Below, piece by piece: positions 63,568 through 64,000 of a stretch of 64,000 bases of DNA. The DNA is from Bryobacterales bacterium (lineage in GTDB: Bacteria > Acidobacteriota > Terriglobia > Bryobacterales > UBA6623). A program made the position numbers and the translations under genes. The notes below the pieces were generated by a model. The model had not been told where the DNA came from. It saw only the letters and a program-made list of their open reading frames with translations, and did not search any database. Numbering within the stretch: the stretch's first letter is position 1; each line of letters begins with the position of its first letter. Where the stretch lies: positions 742,475 to 806,474 of the forward strand of contig OZ242259.1 of assembly GCA_965207035.1 (NCBI GenBank), in the 5' to 3' direction.

Positions 63568-64000
63568 GCCGCCTCTGCGTTCGTAAGCCGACCCAGCCCC
63601 ATGTTGGTCTTGGCCCTTTCGGCATCGTATCCCAGCTCCTCGAGGACTTCGGACAGGCGCTCCTCCTCGCCGTCAGCGTCGCAGCGGGTCGAGATTCCGA
63701 CCGCTGTCACGGTATCGATCTGGCGGTTGACGTCCTCCACGGCCGTCAGAACGGATTCAACCTGGTCAAGGCTAGTCTTGATCTCAACAATGCCCGACAG
63801 AATCTTTTCGTCCAAGATGTCCTCACGTAGGTCCCCGTTCGATTTGTCCGTCATCAAGTGGCTGATCGGGTTCTTCTCTTCGAACTGCACACCCAACCCG
63901 GCAAGTGCGGAAGTCATCGCCTGAATGTCCCTGAAGCGCACGCCGACGCCTGGCCGCCCGAACTCGATTGTGTAGCCGACTTCCCCGACACCGACTCTGG
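63564..64000 (-). CDS. Hypothetical protein, 5' end outside window (acidic coiled C-terminal region)
   Basis: The frame stays open from 63941 to the window end (...RVGVGEVGYTIEFGRPGVGVRFRDIQ...). The GTG at 63941 used by the track is probably internal. Confidence 0.5.
   Translation of the reverse strand, partial: RVGVGEVGYTIEFGRPGVGVRFRDIQAMTSALAGLGVQFEEKNPISHLMTDKSNGDLREDILDEKILSGIVEIKTSLDQVESVLTAVEDVNRQIDTVTAVGISTRCDADGEEERLSEVLEELGYDAERAKTNMGLGRLTNAEAA

Noticed and set aside
1-64000. Search for CRISPR arrays, IS elements/transposases, integrases, prophage genes, toxin-antitoxin or known defence systems
   Set aside because: I saw no regularly spaced repeats, terminal inverted repeats, recombinase or nuclease/ATPase signatures. 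The single tRNA (56158-56234) has no adjacent integrase or direct repeat of its 3' end that I could see.

Overview
The window is a 64-kb, high-GC (roughly 60%), gene-dense chromosomal segment. Its gene content looks like an Acidobacteria-type soil bacterium; this is an inference from a TonB-dependent receptor with an N-terminal carboxypeptidase-regulatory-like domain, three Cys-type sulfatases, an ASPIC/UnbV FG-GAP protein and several enzymes carrying Tat leaders. I support about 60 CDS, one tRNA-Pro(CGG), two likely pseudogenes, one clear intrinsic terminator and a few candidate regulatory sites. I saw no rRNA, CRISPR array, IS element, transposase, integrase or phage gene. Housekeeping blocks are rph-rdgB, pgsA, thiD, gltX, argC-argB and the nitrogen cluster amtB-glnK-glnD. 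Accessory content includes two TRAP transporter operons, the sulfatases, a TBDR/TPR/CRTAC1-like cluster, an ECF sigma/anti-sigma pair next to a zinc-ribbon rhomboid, GT9/GT4 glycosyltransferases and a LarA-like protein. The most interesting locus is 56.3-62.7 kb. There, enzymes from families that are usually cytoplasmic carry Tat-type leaders: an FMN alpha-hydroxy-acid dehydrogenase and an HpcH/HpaI-type aldolase. They sit with a Tat-leader beta-propeller, a tetrahaem cytochrome c and a TRAP transporter, which suggests an undescribed periplasmic hydroxy-acid oxidation and uptake system. Other notable points:
- a bile-acid/Na+ symporter family gene with an internal deletion plus frameshift
- a perfect 30-bp palindrome between glnK and glnD
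- a good sigma54-type promoter upstream of amtB
- a degenerate dihydropteroate-synthase-like protein
- an Nramp-like transporter with its metal-site residues replaced
- a 59-aa membrane ORF absent from the ORF track
The ORF track uses GTG/TTG starts printed as M, so many start sites are uncertain by tens of codons. All functional calls rest on motif recognition by eye, not on database searches.
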